NCBI GenBank assembly: GCA_963665665.1
Contig: OY762428.1
Span: 3,328,001 to 3,392,000, forward strand
DNA from: Candidatus Kapaibacterium sp.
GTDB lineage: Bacteria > Bacteroidota > Ignavibacteria > Kapaibacteriales > UBA2268
Length of the DNA stretch: 64,000 nucleotides
Direction of reading: 5' to 3'
The translations under genes and the position numbers were made by a program. Shown here piece after piece: positions 63,888 through 64,000 of the stretch. Within the stretch, counting starts at the first letter, position 1, and each line of letters starts with the position of its first letter. Under the pieces are notes generated by a model. It was not told where the DNA came from, did no database searches, and saw nothing but the letters and a program-made list of their open reading frames with translations.

Positions 63888-63950
63888 GAATAAAGCAGCA
63901 ATGACTTAGAACATTAGTGCATTGCCTTCGACCCCTCCAACCTTCCCCCG
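63888..63950 (+). repeat. Continuation of the 21-bp array beyond the IS
   Basis: TAAAGCAGCAATGACT / TAGAACATTAGTGCATTGCCT / degenerate hairpin start. Confidence 0.8.
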
Positions 63951-64000
63951 ACCGCATCTTTCATACATTATCTGCAAAGTAAGATGGATTCTTCAGTCGC

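Overview
AT-rich bacterial chromosomal window from an FCB-group organism, probably Ignavibacteria/Kapabacteria-like. This is inferred from the T9SS C-terminal sorting domains, DUF6029/Omp28, a Bacteroidota-type SecA tail and visible Shine-Dalgarno motifs. The 1-43 kb part is mostly housekeeping, envelope and signalling genes: gcvT, glnA, coaBC, a pyrD-like gene, prolyl oligopeptidase, T9SS cargo, a CHASE/PAS kinase and a sensory [FeFe]-hydrogenase-MCP fusion. Two accessory regions stand out. (1) At 43.4-48.8 kb, repeated RHS-core remnants, four of them headed by a boxA-like motif, separate unrelated cargo genes: an RHS tip with putative immunity lipoprotein, ORF6N, a ParE-type TA pair and RhuM. 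(2) After secA (53.9-64 kb) lie four near-identical tandem Rpn (PD-(D/E)xK) genes forming a 296/300/304/308-aa ladder and three tandem lipoprotein paralogues with hypervariable windows. Beyond them is an unexplained non-coding structure: two oppositely oriented arrays of related 21-bp units flank a ~13% GC core, and GC-rich hairpin inserts of exactly 42 and 126 bp keep the 21-bp register. An IS3 element with a 3-bp target duplication has inserted into this array. No rRNA, tRNA, CRISPR-cas or reverse transcriptase was recognised. All family assignments come from motif recognition by eye, not database searches.
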